Shown: piece after piece, positions 47,746 to 59,446 of the stretch
Layout of the letters: every line of letters begins with the position of its first letter
How positions within the stretch are numbered: position 1 is the stretch's first letter
Source of the DNA: Nemertoderma westbladi
Taxonomy: Eukaryota > Animalia > Xenacoelomorpha
DNA: 64,000 bases
Assembly: GCA_032718475.1 (NCBI GenBank)
Contig: JAUCBJ010009058.1
Span: 63,847-127,846 of the forward strand
Direction: 5' to 3'
Position numbers and translations under genes: made by a program
Notes under the pieces: generated by a model
What the model was told of the DNA's origin: nothing
Database searches by the model: none
Seen by the model: only the letters and a program-made list of their open reading frames with translations

Positions 47746-50700
47746 GAATAGGAGTAGCGCCCACCCCTACCTTCGGGTAGCAGTTAGGAGTAGTGCCCAC
47801 TCCTACCTTCGGGTATCAGATAGGAGTAGCGCCCACCCCTACAAGAAATGAAAACAAATAAGTTGGTGCCAGTTCCCAAGAAGGGCAACCTAACACTCTA
47901 TGGTTCTTTTCGGGGAATCTCATTGATCTCGATTGCTGCAAAGCTATACAATAGGATTCTAATAAATCGCATCAGGGATCCCATTGAGAGACTGCTCCGT
48001 GGAAATCAGAATGGGATCCGTAAAGGTCGTGGGACCATGGAGCCCATTTTGGCACTTAGAAGGATAATTGAAGAGTTATCAAAAAAGAAAGACAGGCATC
48101 TGGCTGTTATCTTTGTTGACTTCTTCAAGGCCTTTCATTCAGTCTCTCGCTCACGTATGTTCAGCATACTTTCATTATATGGGATTCCTGATGAAATTAT
48201 TGCAGCAATCAGATCAGTATACGATGGTTCGACAACATTTGTGTCTACTGTTGACGGTGACACAGAACCATTTGAAGTGTTATGGGGCGTCCTCCAAGGA
48301 GACACACTTGCACCATTCTTTTTCATTATTGTGGTTGACTATGTTCTACGCATGTCCTTAGATCATTATAATGATGATGGGGTGATGATAACTCCACCTA
48401 CTGGCTCCAGAAGTCGAGGAAATCCTGCCAAGTACCTAACTGATCTAGACTTTGCTGATGACTTAGGAGTACTCTCAGAATCATTAGAGGGAGCCCAACG
48501 GCTCCTCAGCTCATTAGAACATGCTGCGTCTAGTGTTGGTCTTTTTATTAACTCCAGAAAGACCAAAATTCTGACAGTTAACTTTGAAAGTCCTCAGCAA
48601 GTCTCTGATCGGATGAGCATAAGCTCAAAGGATGGTATGCTTGAGCATGTGGACGACTTCTGTTACCTGGGATCATGGATCCGGAAGTCAGGTGAGGACC
48701 TTCGAATACGTAAGGGAAAGGCATCGGCAGCCTTGAATAGGCTTTCCAGGATTTGGAAGTCACCGAGAATTAATCGGAAACTTAAGGTCCGATTATTTAG
48801 AGCAGCAGTAGTTCCAGTACTCCTCTACGGGAGTCCATGCTGGGCTATAACTGCCGAGGACACCAAATCTCTGGATGGCACATTCACAAGAATGCTACGC
48901 CGGGTTCATTGTGTCAAGTAGAATGCACACATCTCCAACCAGACACTATATAACATTGGAGGTGTCTCATTGGTTCCCCCAAGCTTGACACTAGAACAAA
49001 ATCACCTCCGCTTTGCAGGACATTGCTTTCGTCGTGAGGACCAGCTAGTGCATAATCTTGTACTTTGGCAGCCTCATGGAGTGAATAAGCATGGTGGACA
49101 GCCCATGACTTACTTGAGAAGCATCTTAAAGGACACTGGCCTTGAAGATTCGGATGATCTAGCAAATGTCATGGGTGATAGGGAGTTGTGGCGGTGCAAT
49201 TTTGTTGACAAGCCGGCACAGCATTCTTAAAAATGCAGCTGCAATGCAGCATGCCGATCCTAGTAGCGTCCACCCCTACCTTCGGGTAGCAGATAGGAGT
49301 AGCGCCCACCCCTACCTTCGGGTAGCAGATAGGAGTAGCGCCTACCCCTACCCTCGGGTATCAGATAGGAGTAGCACCCACCCCTACCTCCGGGTAGCAG
49401 ATAGGAGTAGCGCCCACCCCTACCTTCGGGTAACAGATAGGAGTAGTGCCCACTCCTACCTTTGGGTAGCAGATAGGAGTAGCACCCACCCCTACCTTCG
49501 GGTGGCAGATAGGAGTAGCGCCCACCCCTACCTTCGGGTAGCAGGTAGGAGTAGCGCCCACCCCTACCTTCGGGTAGCAGATAGGAGTAGCGCCCACACC
49601 TACCTTCGGGTAGCAGGTAGGAGTAGCGCCCACCCCTACCTTTGGGTAGCAGATAGGAGTAGCGCCCACACCTACCTTCGGGTAGCAGGTAGGAGTAGCG
49701 CCCACCCCTACCTTCGGGTAGCAGATAGGAGTAGCGCCCACCCCTACCTTCGGGTAGCAGTTAAGAGTAGCGCCCACCCCTACCTTCGGGTAGCAGATAG
49801 GAGTAGCGCCCACCCCTATCATCGGGTAGCAGATAGAAGTAGCGCCAACACCTACCTTCGGGTAGCAGATAGGAGTAGCGCCAACCCCTACCTTCGGGTA
49901 GCAGATAGGAGTAGCACCCACCCCTACCTTCGGGTAGCAGATAGGAGTAGCGCCAACCCCTACCTTCGGGTAGCAGATAGGAGTAGCGCCAACCCCTACC
50001 TTCGGGTAGCAATTAAGAGTAGCGCCCACCCCTACCTTCAGGTAGCAGATAGGAGTAGCGCCCACCCCTACCATCGGGTAGCAGATAGAAGTAGCGCCCA
50101 CACCTACCTTCGGGTAGCGGATAGGAGTAGCGCCAACCCCTACCTTCGGGTAGCAGATAGGAGTAGCGCCAACCCCTACCTTCGGGTAGCAGATAGGAGT
50201 AGCGCCAATCCCTACCTTCGGGTAGCAGATAGGAGTAGCACCCCCACCTACCTTCTGGTAGCAGATAGGAGTAGCGCCCACCCCTACCCTCGGGTAGCAG
50301 ATAGGAGTAGCGCCCACACCTACCTTCGGGTAGCAGATAGGAGTAGCGCCCACCCCTACCTTCGGGTAGCAGATAGGAGTAGCGCCCACACCTACCATCG
50401 GGTAGCAGATAGGAGTAGCGCCAACCCCTACCTTCGGGTAGCAGAAACGAGTACCACCCACCCCTACCTTCGGGTAGCAGATAGGAGTAGCGCCAACCCC
50501 TACCTTCGGGTAGCAGATAGGAGTAGCGCCAACCCCTACCTTCGGGTAGCAGTTAAGAGTAGCGCCCACCCCTACCTTCGGGTAGCAGATAGGAGTAGCG
50601 CCCACACCTACCCTCGGGTAGCAGATAGAAGTAGCGCCCACACCTACCTTCGGGTAGCAGATAGGAGTAGCGCCAACCCCTACCTTCGGGTAGCAGATAG

Positions 50701-51869
50701 GAGTAGCGCCAACCCGTACCTTCGGGTAGCAGATAGGAGTAGCGCCAATCCCTACCTTCGGGTAGCAGATAGGAGTAGCACCCACCCGCCACCCCTACCT
50801 TCGGGTAGCAGATATGAGTAGCGCCAACCCCTACCTTCGGGTAGCAGATAGGAGTAGCGCCCAACCCTACCCTCGGGTAGCAGATAGGAGTAGCGCCCAC
50901 ACCTACCTTCGGGTAGCAGATAGGAGTAGCGCCCACCCCTACCTTCGGGTAGCAGATAGGAGTAGCACCCACTCCCATCCCTATCCTCGGGTAGCAGATA
51001 GGAGTAGCGCCCACACCTACCTTCGGGTAGCAGATAGGAGTAGCGCCCAACCCTACCCTCAGGTAGCAGATAGGAGTAGCGCCTACACCTACCTTCGGGT
51101 AGCAGATAGGAGTAGCGCCCACCCCTACCCTCGGGTAGCAGATAGGAGTAGCGCCCACACCTACCTTCGGATAGCAGATAGGAGTAGCGCCCACACCTAT
51201 CTTCGGGTAGCAGATAGGAGTAGCGCCCAACCCTACCCTCGGGTAGCAGATAGGAGTAGCGCCCAACCCTACCCTAGGGTAGCAGATAGGAGTAGCGCCC
51301 ACACCTACCTTCGGGTAGCAGATAGGAGTAGCGCCCACCCCTACCCTCGGGTAGCAGATAGGAGTAGCGCCCACACCTACCTTCGGATAGCAGATAGGAG
51401 TAGCGCCCACACCTACCCTCGGGTAGCAGATAGGAGTAGCGCCTACACCTACCTTCGGGTAGCAGATAGGAGTAGCGCCCACACCTACCCTCGGGTAGCA
51501 GATAGGAGTAGCGCCCAACCCTACCCTCGGGTAGCAGATAGGAGTAGCGCCCAACCCTACCCTAGGGTAGCAGATAGGAGTAGCGCCCACACCTACCTTC
51601 GGGTAGCAGATAGGAGTAGCGCCGACCCGTACACTCGGGTAGCAGATAGGAGTAGCGCCCACACCTACCCTCGGGTAGCAGATAGGAGTAGCGCCTACAC
51701 CTACCTTCGGGTAGCAGATAGGAGTAGCGCCCACACCGACCCTCGGGTAGCAGATAGGAGTAGCGCCCACCACTACCCTCGGGTAGCAGATATGAGTAGC
51801 GCCCACACCTACCTTCGGGTAGCAGATAGGAGTAGCGCCGACCCCTACCCTCGGATAGCAGATCGGAGT
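47746..51869. repeat. 36-bp minisatellite (CCCACCCCTACCTTCGGGTAGCAGATAGGAGTAGCG)n, about 75 copies, split by an RTE insertion
   Basis: About 2.5 units at 47746-47842 and about 72 units at 49263-51869. Confidence 0.96.
47843..49266 (+). mobile_element. RTE-type non-LTR retrotransposon, 5'-truncated; RT ORF 47848-49230 with one premature TAG at 48919-48921
   Basis: FRGISL, QNG.RKGR, FVDF.KAF, GVLQGDTLAP, DFADD, YLGS, LLYG...W and LRFAGHC motifs; ORF pieces in the same frame; short 3' UTR ending TAGTAG; apparent TSD CG(C/T)CCACCCCTAC. Confidence 0.94.
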
Positions 51870-52758
51870 AGGTAAGGTTGTTTCAACATTCACTATATTC
51901 CAATACTTCACAATGAATGATACGAATTCTGCAGTAACTTTGAAGTCAAATACATTACATTTTTGTTGGCAAAGCTAAATAAAATTTTAAAAAATACTAG
52001 CTAGTACAAAAATACTAGCTACCATGTCTCCAAAACGTAACTGTTTGATGTAAAACATCTCGTAGGAAAGAAAAAAATTATATTTAGAATTTTGAAAAAT
52101 AGCTATTTTTTATAGAAATGTTCTAGAACAAAAAATATTAGTTCTAGAACAATGTTTTTTTTAGTTAAATGGCTGTCATATTCTAGAACATTTAATGCAA
52201 GTAGCAAAAACTAGCTAGTATAAAAAATTTGGCATGGTAGGTATAGGTACGTTTATCGAAACATTACCCACTGTAACTGTACAGTATATCGTAAATACTG
52301 AACTCAACTATAAATGTCATATCGCATACACACACACACTCACATTATTATGTAGCTGCACTATGTGAGGAAATACAATAAATAGCTAATTATTATTGAA
52401 TTCGGATATTACGGTTTCTTTTTTTGTCTACTAATTTACTTCAGCAATACATGTCATGTTGTCAATAATACTCATCAATTTTATATGGAATGTATAATTA
52501 TAGATCAAACAATAATAATTGATTTAAGCAAACGTCTTATTATGCAGGCCTACAAAAAGATAAATATTAATTATGACCTAATCACTAAAAACGTGGATAT
52601 CATGTTCATAATTATTACTATTGGCAGTAATTAACAAGTAGGCTTCAACTGGCATTTTTATTTTGCCTATAGCTACCTAGTTTTCAGTCCTGGTATAAAT
52701 AACATTCTAGAAGTCCATGACCTATGTCATTTATAGTTAAACACGAAATAATGCTCAC

Positions 52759-52931
52759 CATTAGGGTATCAAATAGAGTTAAATTGGCGAAGAATATATC
52801 CTCTTGAAGGACGTAGCATATTTTTCGTCTCATTCTTTTGGTTAAAGGAACCCCATTAATGTGAAAGTAACCCGAATCTATTTCGGTGTTTCGACCTCCA
52901 AGTATGTTGAGTAGAGTCGTCTTACCGGCAC
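52759..52931 (-). CDS. ABCG: ABCG transporter exon (2nd): (G)AGKTTLLNILGGRNTEIDSGYFHINGVPLTKRMRRKICYVLQEDIFFANLTLFDTLM
   Basis: ttctag| acceptor and |gtgagc donor; 173 bp, phase 1 to 0. Completes Walker A (GPSGAGKTT) and contains the Q-loop YVLQED. Confidence 0.96.
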
Positions 52932-53138
52932 CTAGAATTTATAGACATATAATATACTAATTTGCCAAAAAACGAAAGCAGATAGAGGGGGAGGGGTGTG
53001 GAGGAGGCTAAGCTTTCACAATTAATGTTTACTGTTTTGGTTAGAATAATGTGCCACTATATCCTGTTCCTTTCCCATTGAGTAATCAGTAACTCAAACA
53101 ACGATGATAGACTCAACGATGATAATTAAAAGTATTCT

Positions 53139-53236
53139 TAGGTCATTGGTGGTGCAATATAGATAGGCTTCGGCTAATTATGTCCAGCTGATAACGGTGT
53201 CGGAATTAGCGCGGTCGATACCGAAACGCAACCATG
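53139..53236 (+). repeat. Diverged copy of a roughly 100-bp element also present inverted at 54515-54618
   Basis: Shared TAGGTCATTGGTG...TAGATAGGCTT...TCCAGCTGA...CCGAAACGCAACCAT. Confidence 0.7.
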
Positions 53237-54514
53237 TTTATTACAAATTAATTATTTATTACATGGGAAAAAAAGTAGAACTTTTCTTTCATTATCTCGA
53301 GAAATTTTATTTACCGAGTGTCAGCGAGGTTAATAAAGGGTCGAGAGAATATTGAAAAAAAAAATGTTCTACGTTTTTTTTCCCATGTAATACGTAACTT
53401 AATTCTTAAATTGGTACTTTTTTGTTGCTAAATACTTTAATAAAACATATAGCGATATACTGCAACAGTACAGTTGTGTTACAAAATAAATCGAACTGCA
53501 GTATTTTACTATATTGCTTCGATAGTTACTGCTATTCAAATTATTGTACTCCTCAACTCTCGATGTTGCCTTACTCAATGTTAAAATAATTTAGTGTTCT
53601 CGAATATTTATTACGTAACTAGAGAGCCGCTTAACAACATAAACCAATATTGGATATTGAGTTCCGTTTTGGTGTTCGCCGCGCAGACACTAAAGTTGCA
53701 ATAACTTTTGAGTAAGTGAATGGATTTTGCTCAAATTACTTTCAAACCTTTTCTACGGCGATGCTCTTTCACCACATGAAATAAATTCCACCAAAAATAT
53801 TTTACTTTACTTTTTCGCCAGGAAAAAAGGTAAAATCAATGCATTCATAATTTTTTCCCTAGGGAAAAAAAGTGAAACTTTTTCTCCCGATTTTGGGGTA
53901 TATTCGAGCGAAAAAGTGACATTTGCACCAGTCATATTGCAGTGATTCTTCCACCTTATAGTAATTTGTTGGTAGCAATGGAAAGCTGGCCGTGCAAAGA
54001 TTCCAAATATGTGAAAATATTTGAATTTGGTTTGGAAATAGCTGAGTTATGGGCATTCGAATGTTGCATGTAATTGCTTCCGGTGCAGGCCATTTATTCT
54101 ATTTAATAAATACACAATTTTCTGGAACATTTTGTTTATCTCATAGTAGCTTGGCAACAATGCAATGCCTATAATAATAATATTGGTTTTAAAGTAAACA
54201 CTACAGTCTTACACCCCTTAAACTACAAAAAAAAAATATAGAATCAGGACATTAAGCCCAAAATACTTCTCAGCCCCTAGGGCCTTCAAAGGACACAAAC
54301 AAAACAAACAACAAACACAAACAAAATATATAATAACATGCTCCACATACAGGTATGTATCGCAAACCTAACCCTAAAACCTACCCGCCATACACTAAAT
54401 GATACCGGTAATAAACCGCACAAAAACTAAGCCTATATTGTATAAGAAAATATATGACATTTTTGTCGCCGTGAAAGAGGAGGACTAAGACAAAAATAAT
54501 TAATTTGTGAAAAA

Positions 54515-54618
54515 TATGGTTGCGTTTCGGCGTCTAGGACCAGTACGCGCTAATCCTAGACGCCTCGTCAGCTGGAAAGGGATTTAGCCAAGCCTATCTA
54601 TACTGCACCAATGACCTA
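54515..54618 (-). ncRNA. Hammerhead-ribozyme-like motif (core plus stem II), probably degenerate
   Basis: CTGACGA-GGCGTCTAGGA(loop)TCCTAGACGCC-GAAAC on the minus strand; stems I and III are only imperfect. Confidence 0.4.
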
Positions 54619-54693
54619 AATACTTTGTTGTACTTTCCTTTGAGTGATTAGTTGGCCTAAATATGATATCCCACTCCATAGTGAAATCTTCAT

Positions 54694-54781
54694 CCGATCT
54701 GGTAGCTCAGTACACACACCCGGCTGATGATAACCGTAAGTTTGAAACCTAGGTACCGGGTTCGAGCCCCAACAGGGTCGG
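54694..54781 (+). mobile_element. tRNA-derived SINE head or tRNA pseudogene
   Basis: A-box-like TAGCTCAGT and B-box GGTTCGAGCCC; ends CCGATC and GGGTCGG partly pair; no clean cloverleaf. Confidence 0.4.
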
Positions 54782-56259
54782 TTGATATTTTTCGCTATTG
54801 AGAGCATTATCATATTGTCCTATCTACATTATATAAATGACCTAAATTAATCGCACCATCAACTCAGTTACCACTACGCCCATACAGACTTCAGACCTGA
54901 GAACATTGGAACCCTCCATATAGACCTACGGTAAGTAAACATGTTACCAATGGAAAAACTGGTAGATTGCTAGAGCAAACACACAGTACAAAAATTATAA
55001 GATTTGACAACATGCAGTGATGTCGGAGTTCTGCTCTATAATTCATATGTGATAATTGAATGTACCGACATACTGACTAACAGGGGGTTGTTATGTATAT
55101 ATTAACTTTAAAGTAAACACTAGAGTCTTACACCCCTTAAACTACAAAAAAAAATATAGAATCAGGACATTAAGCCCAAAATACTTCTCAGCCCCTAGGG
55201 CCTTCAAAGGACACAAACAAAACAAACAACAAATACAAACAAAATATATAATAACATGCTCCACATACAGGTATGTATCGCAAACCTAACCCTAAAACCT
55301 ACCCGCCATACACTAAATGATACCGGTATTAAACTGCACAAAAGCTAAGCCTATATTGTATAAGAAAATATATGACATTTTTGTGTTTTTTCACAAATTA
55401 ATTATTTTTGTCCTAGTCCTACCTCTTTCACAGCGACAAAAATGTCATAGATTTTCTTATAGAATATAGGCTTAGCTTTTGTGCAGTTAAATACCGGTAT
55501 CATTTAGTGTATGGCGGTTAGGTTTTAGGGTTAGGGTGCGATACATACCTGTATGTGGAGAATGTTATTATATATTTTGTTTGTGTTTGTTGTTTGTTTT
55601 GTTTGTGTCCTTTGAAGGTATTTTGGGCTTAATGTCCTGATTCTATATTTTTTTTTTGTAGTTTAAGGGGTGTAAGACTCTAGTGTTTACTTTAAAGTTA
55701 ATATATACATAACAACCCCCTGTTAGTCAGTATGTCGGTACATTCAATTATCACATATGAATAATATTAGTAGTAGTCTGTAGTAGTATGCTAATAATAT
55801 TAAAACTGATAGAGCAATGTAATTAAGTTATAATTGACTCCAGATACGCTTTCACTTTGTCCAACTTTGCCGTGAAGCTGACCATCTCCGATCCATAAAT
55901 TGATTTGATTAATTCCAAATGACCCAGCTCGATTGAATCCATATCGTTGGTACCAATTTCAGACAGGTGAGTACTCTTTTGATATTCACATTGTAATAGT
56001 GACGAGAGCTGTGGGAGTGCATTTTTTTTTCGCGCATTTCCTAATAGTTGAACAAAGACCCAAATAGTGTTGCTGGTTGTTTAGGGTGCCTGTTGTCCTT
56101 GTTATTGATTGCAATAGTGTGTTAGGGGCTCTGATCAATCGCTGGACAGTTAGAATAGCTGATTGGTATATTTCTCGAATTAATTGAATGATTCCAAATA
56201 ACCCATATAAAATGTTCGACGAAATGAATGTTCCATTAATATGGAGAAGTTTTCGTGTG

Positions 56260-57531
56260 TGTGGTTCTGTGATAAACTGGCAGTTATTATTGAAATCTGT
56301 GGTTCTGTGATAAACTGGCAGTCATTATTGTAAATCTGTGGTTCTGTGATAAACTGGCAGTTATTATTGCAAATCTGTGGTTCTGTGATAAACTGGCAGT
56401 CATTATTGTAAATCTGTGGTTTTGTGATAAACGGCAGTTATTATTGTAAATCTGTGGTTCTGTGATAAACTGGCAGTCATTATTGTAAATCTGTGTTTCT
56501 GTGATAAACGGCAGTTATTATTGTAAATCTGTGGTGCTGTGATAAACTGGCAGTTATTATTGTAAATCTGTGGTTCTGTGATAAACTGGCAGTTATTATT
56601 GCAAATCTGCGGTTCTATATCTGTGGAAAATTGATAAACTGGCAGTCATTATTGTAAATCTGTGGTTCTGTGATAAACTGCCAGTCATTATTGTAAATCT
56701 GTGGTTCTGTGATAAACTGGCAGTCATTATTGTAAATATGTGGTTCTGTGATAAACTGGCAGTTATTATTGTAAATCTGTGGTTCTGTGATAAACTGGCA
56801 GTCATTATTGTAAATCTGTGGTTCTGTGATAAACTGGCAGTCATTATTGTAAATCTGTGGTTCTGTGATAAACTGGCAGTTATTATTGTAAATCTGCGGT
56901 TTTATATCTGTGGTAAAATTGATAAACTGCCAGTCATTATTGTAAATCTGTGGTTCTGTGATAAACTGCCAGTCCTTATTGTAAATCTGTGGTCCTGTGA
57001 TAAACTGGCAGTCATTATTGTAAATATATGGTTCTGTGATAAACTGGCAGTTATTATTGTAAATCTGTGGTTCTGTGATAAACTGGCAGTTATTATTGTA
57101 AATCTGTGGTTCTATGATAAACTGGCAGTTATTATTGTAAAACTGTGGTTCTGTGATAAACTGGCAGTTATTATTGTAAATCTGTGTTTCTGTGATAAAC
57201 TGGCAGTCATTATTGTAAATCTGTAGTTCTGTGATAAACTGGCAGTTAATATTGTAAATCTGTGTTTATGTGATAAACTGGCAGTTATTATTGTAAATCT
57301 GTGCTTCTGTGATAAACTGGCAGTTATTATTGTAAATCTGTGCTTCTGTGATAAACTGGCAGTTATTATTGTAAATCTGTGCTTCTGTGATAAACTGGCA
57401 GTTATTATTGTAAATCTGTGGTTCTGTGATAAACTGGCAGTTATTATTGTAAATCTGTGGTTCTGTGATAAACTGGCAGTTATTATTGTAAATCTGTGGT
57501 TCTATGATGAACTGACAGTTATTATTGTAAA
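56260..57531. repeat. 39-bp minisatellite (GTGGTTCTGTGATAAACTGGCAGTTATTATTGTAAATCT)n, about 32 copies
   Basis: Tandem copies seen directly. Confidence 0.96.
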
Positions 57532-57634
57532 TTAGTTATATCATATCACGCCTCTGTAATACAGTAATAACGGCATTACCAGTTGAACTATACAACTTAG
57601 GGTTCTTTGTATGTATAGTAAAAACCGGCAATTG

Positions 57635-57895
57635 TGAAAATACAACCGCCATTTTTATATTTCATAGAAACCGCCGGTTTGAAAACTACATACGTGTTTA
57701 TTTACAAGAACCAAATTTTGAATATAAGACCACCGTTTTTACATTTCATAAAAACCGCCGGTTTGAAAACTACATACGTGTTTATTAACAAGAACCAACA
57801 GTTTGAAAATAAGACCACCGTTTTTACATTTCATAAAAACCGCCGGTTTGAAAACTATATATGTTTTCATCAATAAGAACTGCCAGTTTGAAAAT
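57635..57895. repeat. Roughly 85-bp tandem repeat, about 3 diverged copies, containing AAACCGCCGGTTT
   Basis: Repeated TTTCATAAAAACCGCCGGTTTGAAAACTA segments. Confidence 0.75.
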
Positions 57896-58539
57896 TTAAT
57901 AACAACTTTTTTAAAACAACCGTCACTTTCTATGCATATTTCCGCAATGACTACAGGTTTCGTTTCAGGTAATATATATCCAATATATGTTAAACCGCCG
58001 GTTTACTATTGTAACCGGAGGTTACTACCAGCTATTTTTGTATGATCCATGCTAACCCCCCTATATATATACGATATACCTCACTTCCAACTGGTCCCGC
58101 TGTAGAGAGTATAGAACTCGTATGTAAAACGGAAAACTATAGCGAAAATTGGCAAAGAGAAGTTTTCCAAAGTGTTGATAGTGTTTCGATGGGGATACGC
58201 TTGATTGTCCATCCCAGGGAGGAAGCACTCCGCTAATGAATCAACAAGTCTAAGGCACTCCTGATATATGAACCGGTTATCTCGAGGGATTTTGTACCCG
58301 ATGAAAGTGAGGTGTGTCGTTGTTTAGGGGATCAGGTGATCACTTATGTGCAAAAAAAGAAGGGGTGGCTCAGCTGATCCTCTACCACTAAGGAAAATCC
58401 AAGCTGTCTTGTTAATATCGATCTGTAAGCCCACCTTCTCTACTCCCACTTTCTCTACTCCCACCTTCTCTTCTCTACTCTCTTCTCTTAGAATTATCGA
58501 GTCTATTTCTAATTCGATGTTAAACTGTGATGTTTGAAT

Positions 58540-59220
58540 TGTATTAGTTCCAGAACAGCAGCAAGGGCAGTATCAGTACAATTGAGCAAAATTAGGTGAT
58601 ACAGTATGAAAATAGTTCTGCAGAATAACTGCTTCAAACACTTTGGCAAATATGTTGATTGAACATACTGGCCGGTATGATCCTGGTCCATAGGGGTCCT
58701 TATTTTTACCTTTGAATATTGGAGAAAGGGCAGTATAGCCAAATGTTTCTGTCGTTTCACCTAGAAATATGGAGCTCTGTAAGATGAGAAACATGCATAT
58801 AACAGGTAATCCAACATGCAACAAATGCTCCACAGTCAAATGATTTGTGTCTGGTGACTTTCCTCTATCTAGTGAGCAGATAGCTGTCTGAATCCAACAT
58901 TCACTGATGATTGGAACTGGTGATGAGCAGATAGCTGTCTGAATCCAACATTCACTGATGATTGGAACTGGTGATGAGCAGATAGCTGTCTGAATCCAAC
59001 ATTCACTGATGATTGGAACTGGTGATTTGTTACACATCAAGTTAACTTCCTTATCCAATTCCGCAGACTTATCGTCAGTCACATCAGACGTGAAATTTTC
59101 TTCGAGAAATGATCTGAGTTTACTGTTAACAGCAGCAGGTATATTACAGTTACGTTGTCTTCTAGCATTGTCTTCAATTATCAATTTAACATGAATTCCA
59201 TGGGCAGGCAGAAGCAGCAC
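58540..59220 (-). mobile_element. Degenerate non-LTR retrotransposon ORF2 fragment (start of RT domain) with an internal 54-bp triplication
   Basis: GKSPDTNHLTVEHL, SPIFKGKNKDP...SYRPVC.INIFAKVFEAVIL; SPVPIISECWIQTAICS repeated three times. Confidence 0.8.
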
Positions 59221-59446
59221 TCCAATTGGAAACTTGCATACTGTAATTAGTAAAAACTAAAAACCAACTACCGCAAATACCGCAGTAGTAGGCATATTTG
59301 CGGTAGCGGTAGAGGTAGCGGTAGTAAAAAGCGCGGTATTTGCGGTAGCGGTAGCGGTAGTACCGTACGATCCCTGGATACGGTATATTTATATGTATAT
59401 ATATAATATACTTCATAATATAAGCCGAGACCTAACCAATACCGGT

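Larger units (their letters stand above)
54187..55762. repeat. Three copies of a roughly 330-380-bp interspersed element: 54187-54513 (+), 55041-55385 (+) and 55386-55762 (-); the last two form a large palindrome
   Basis: Direct comparison of near-identical sequence (TTTAAAGTAAACACTA...TATGACATTTTTGT). Confidence 0.88.

Noticed and set aside
47746-51869. CRISPR-like appearance (36-bp repeat with an internal hairpin)
   Set aside because: Units are head-to-tail with no unique spacers, there are no cas genes, and the context is eukaryotic.
49166-51911. 350-550-aa ORFs on both strands (SSAHPYLRVADR / GATPICYPKVGV repeats)
   Set aside because: A 36-bp monomer with stop-free frames gives long ORFs automatically; they are open on both strands and have no credible start or splice context.
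55824-56250. Possible degraded coding sequence on the minus strand (perhaps the 3' part of the LINE at 58540-59220)
   Set aside because: Open frames are present but I recognised no motif, so I cannot support a call.
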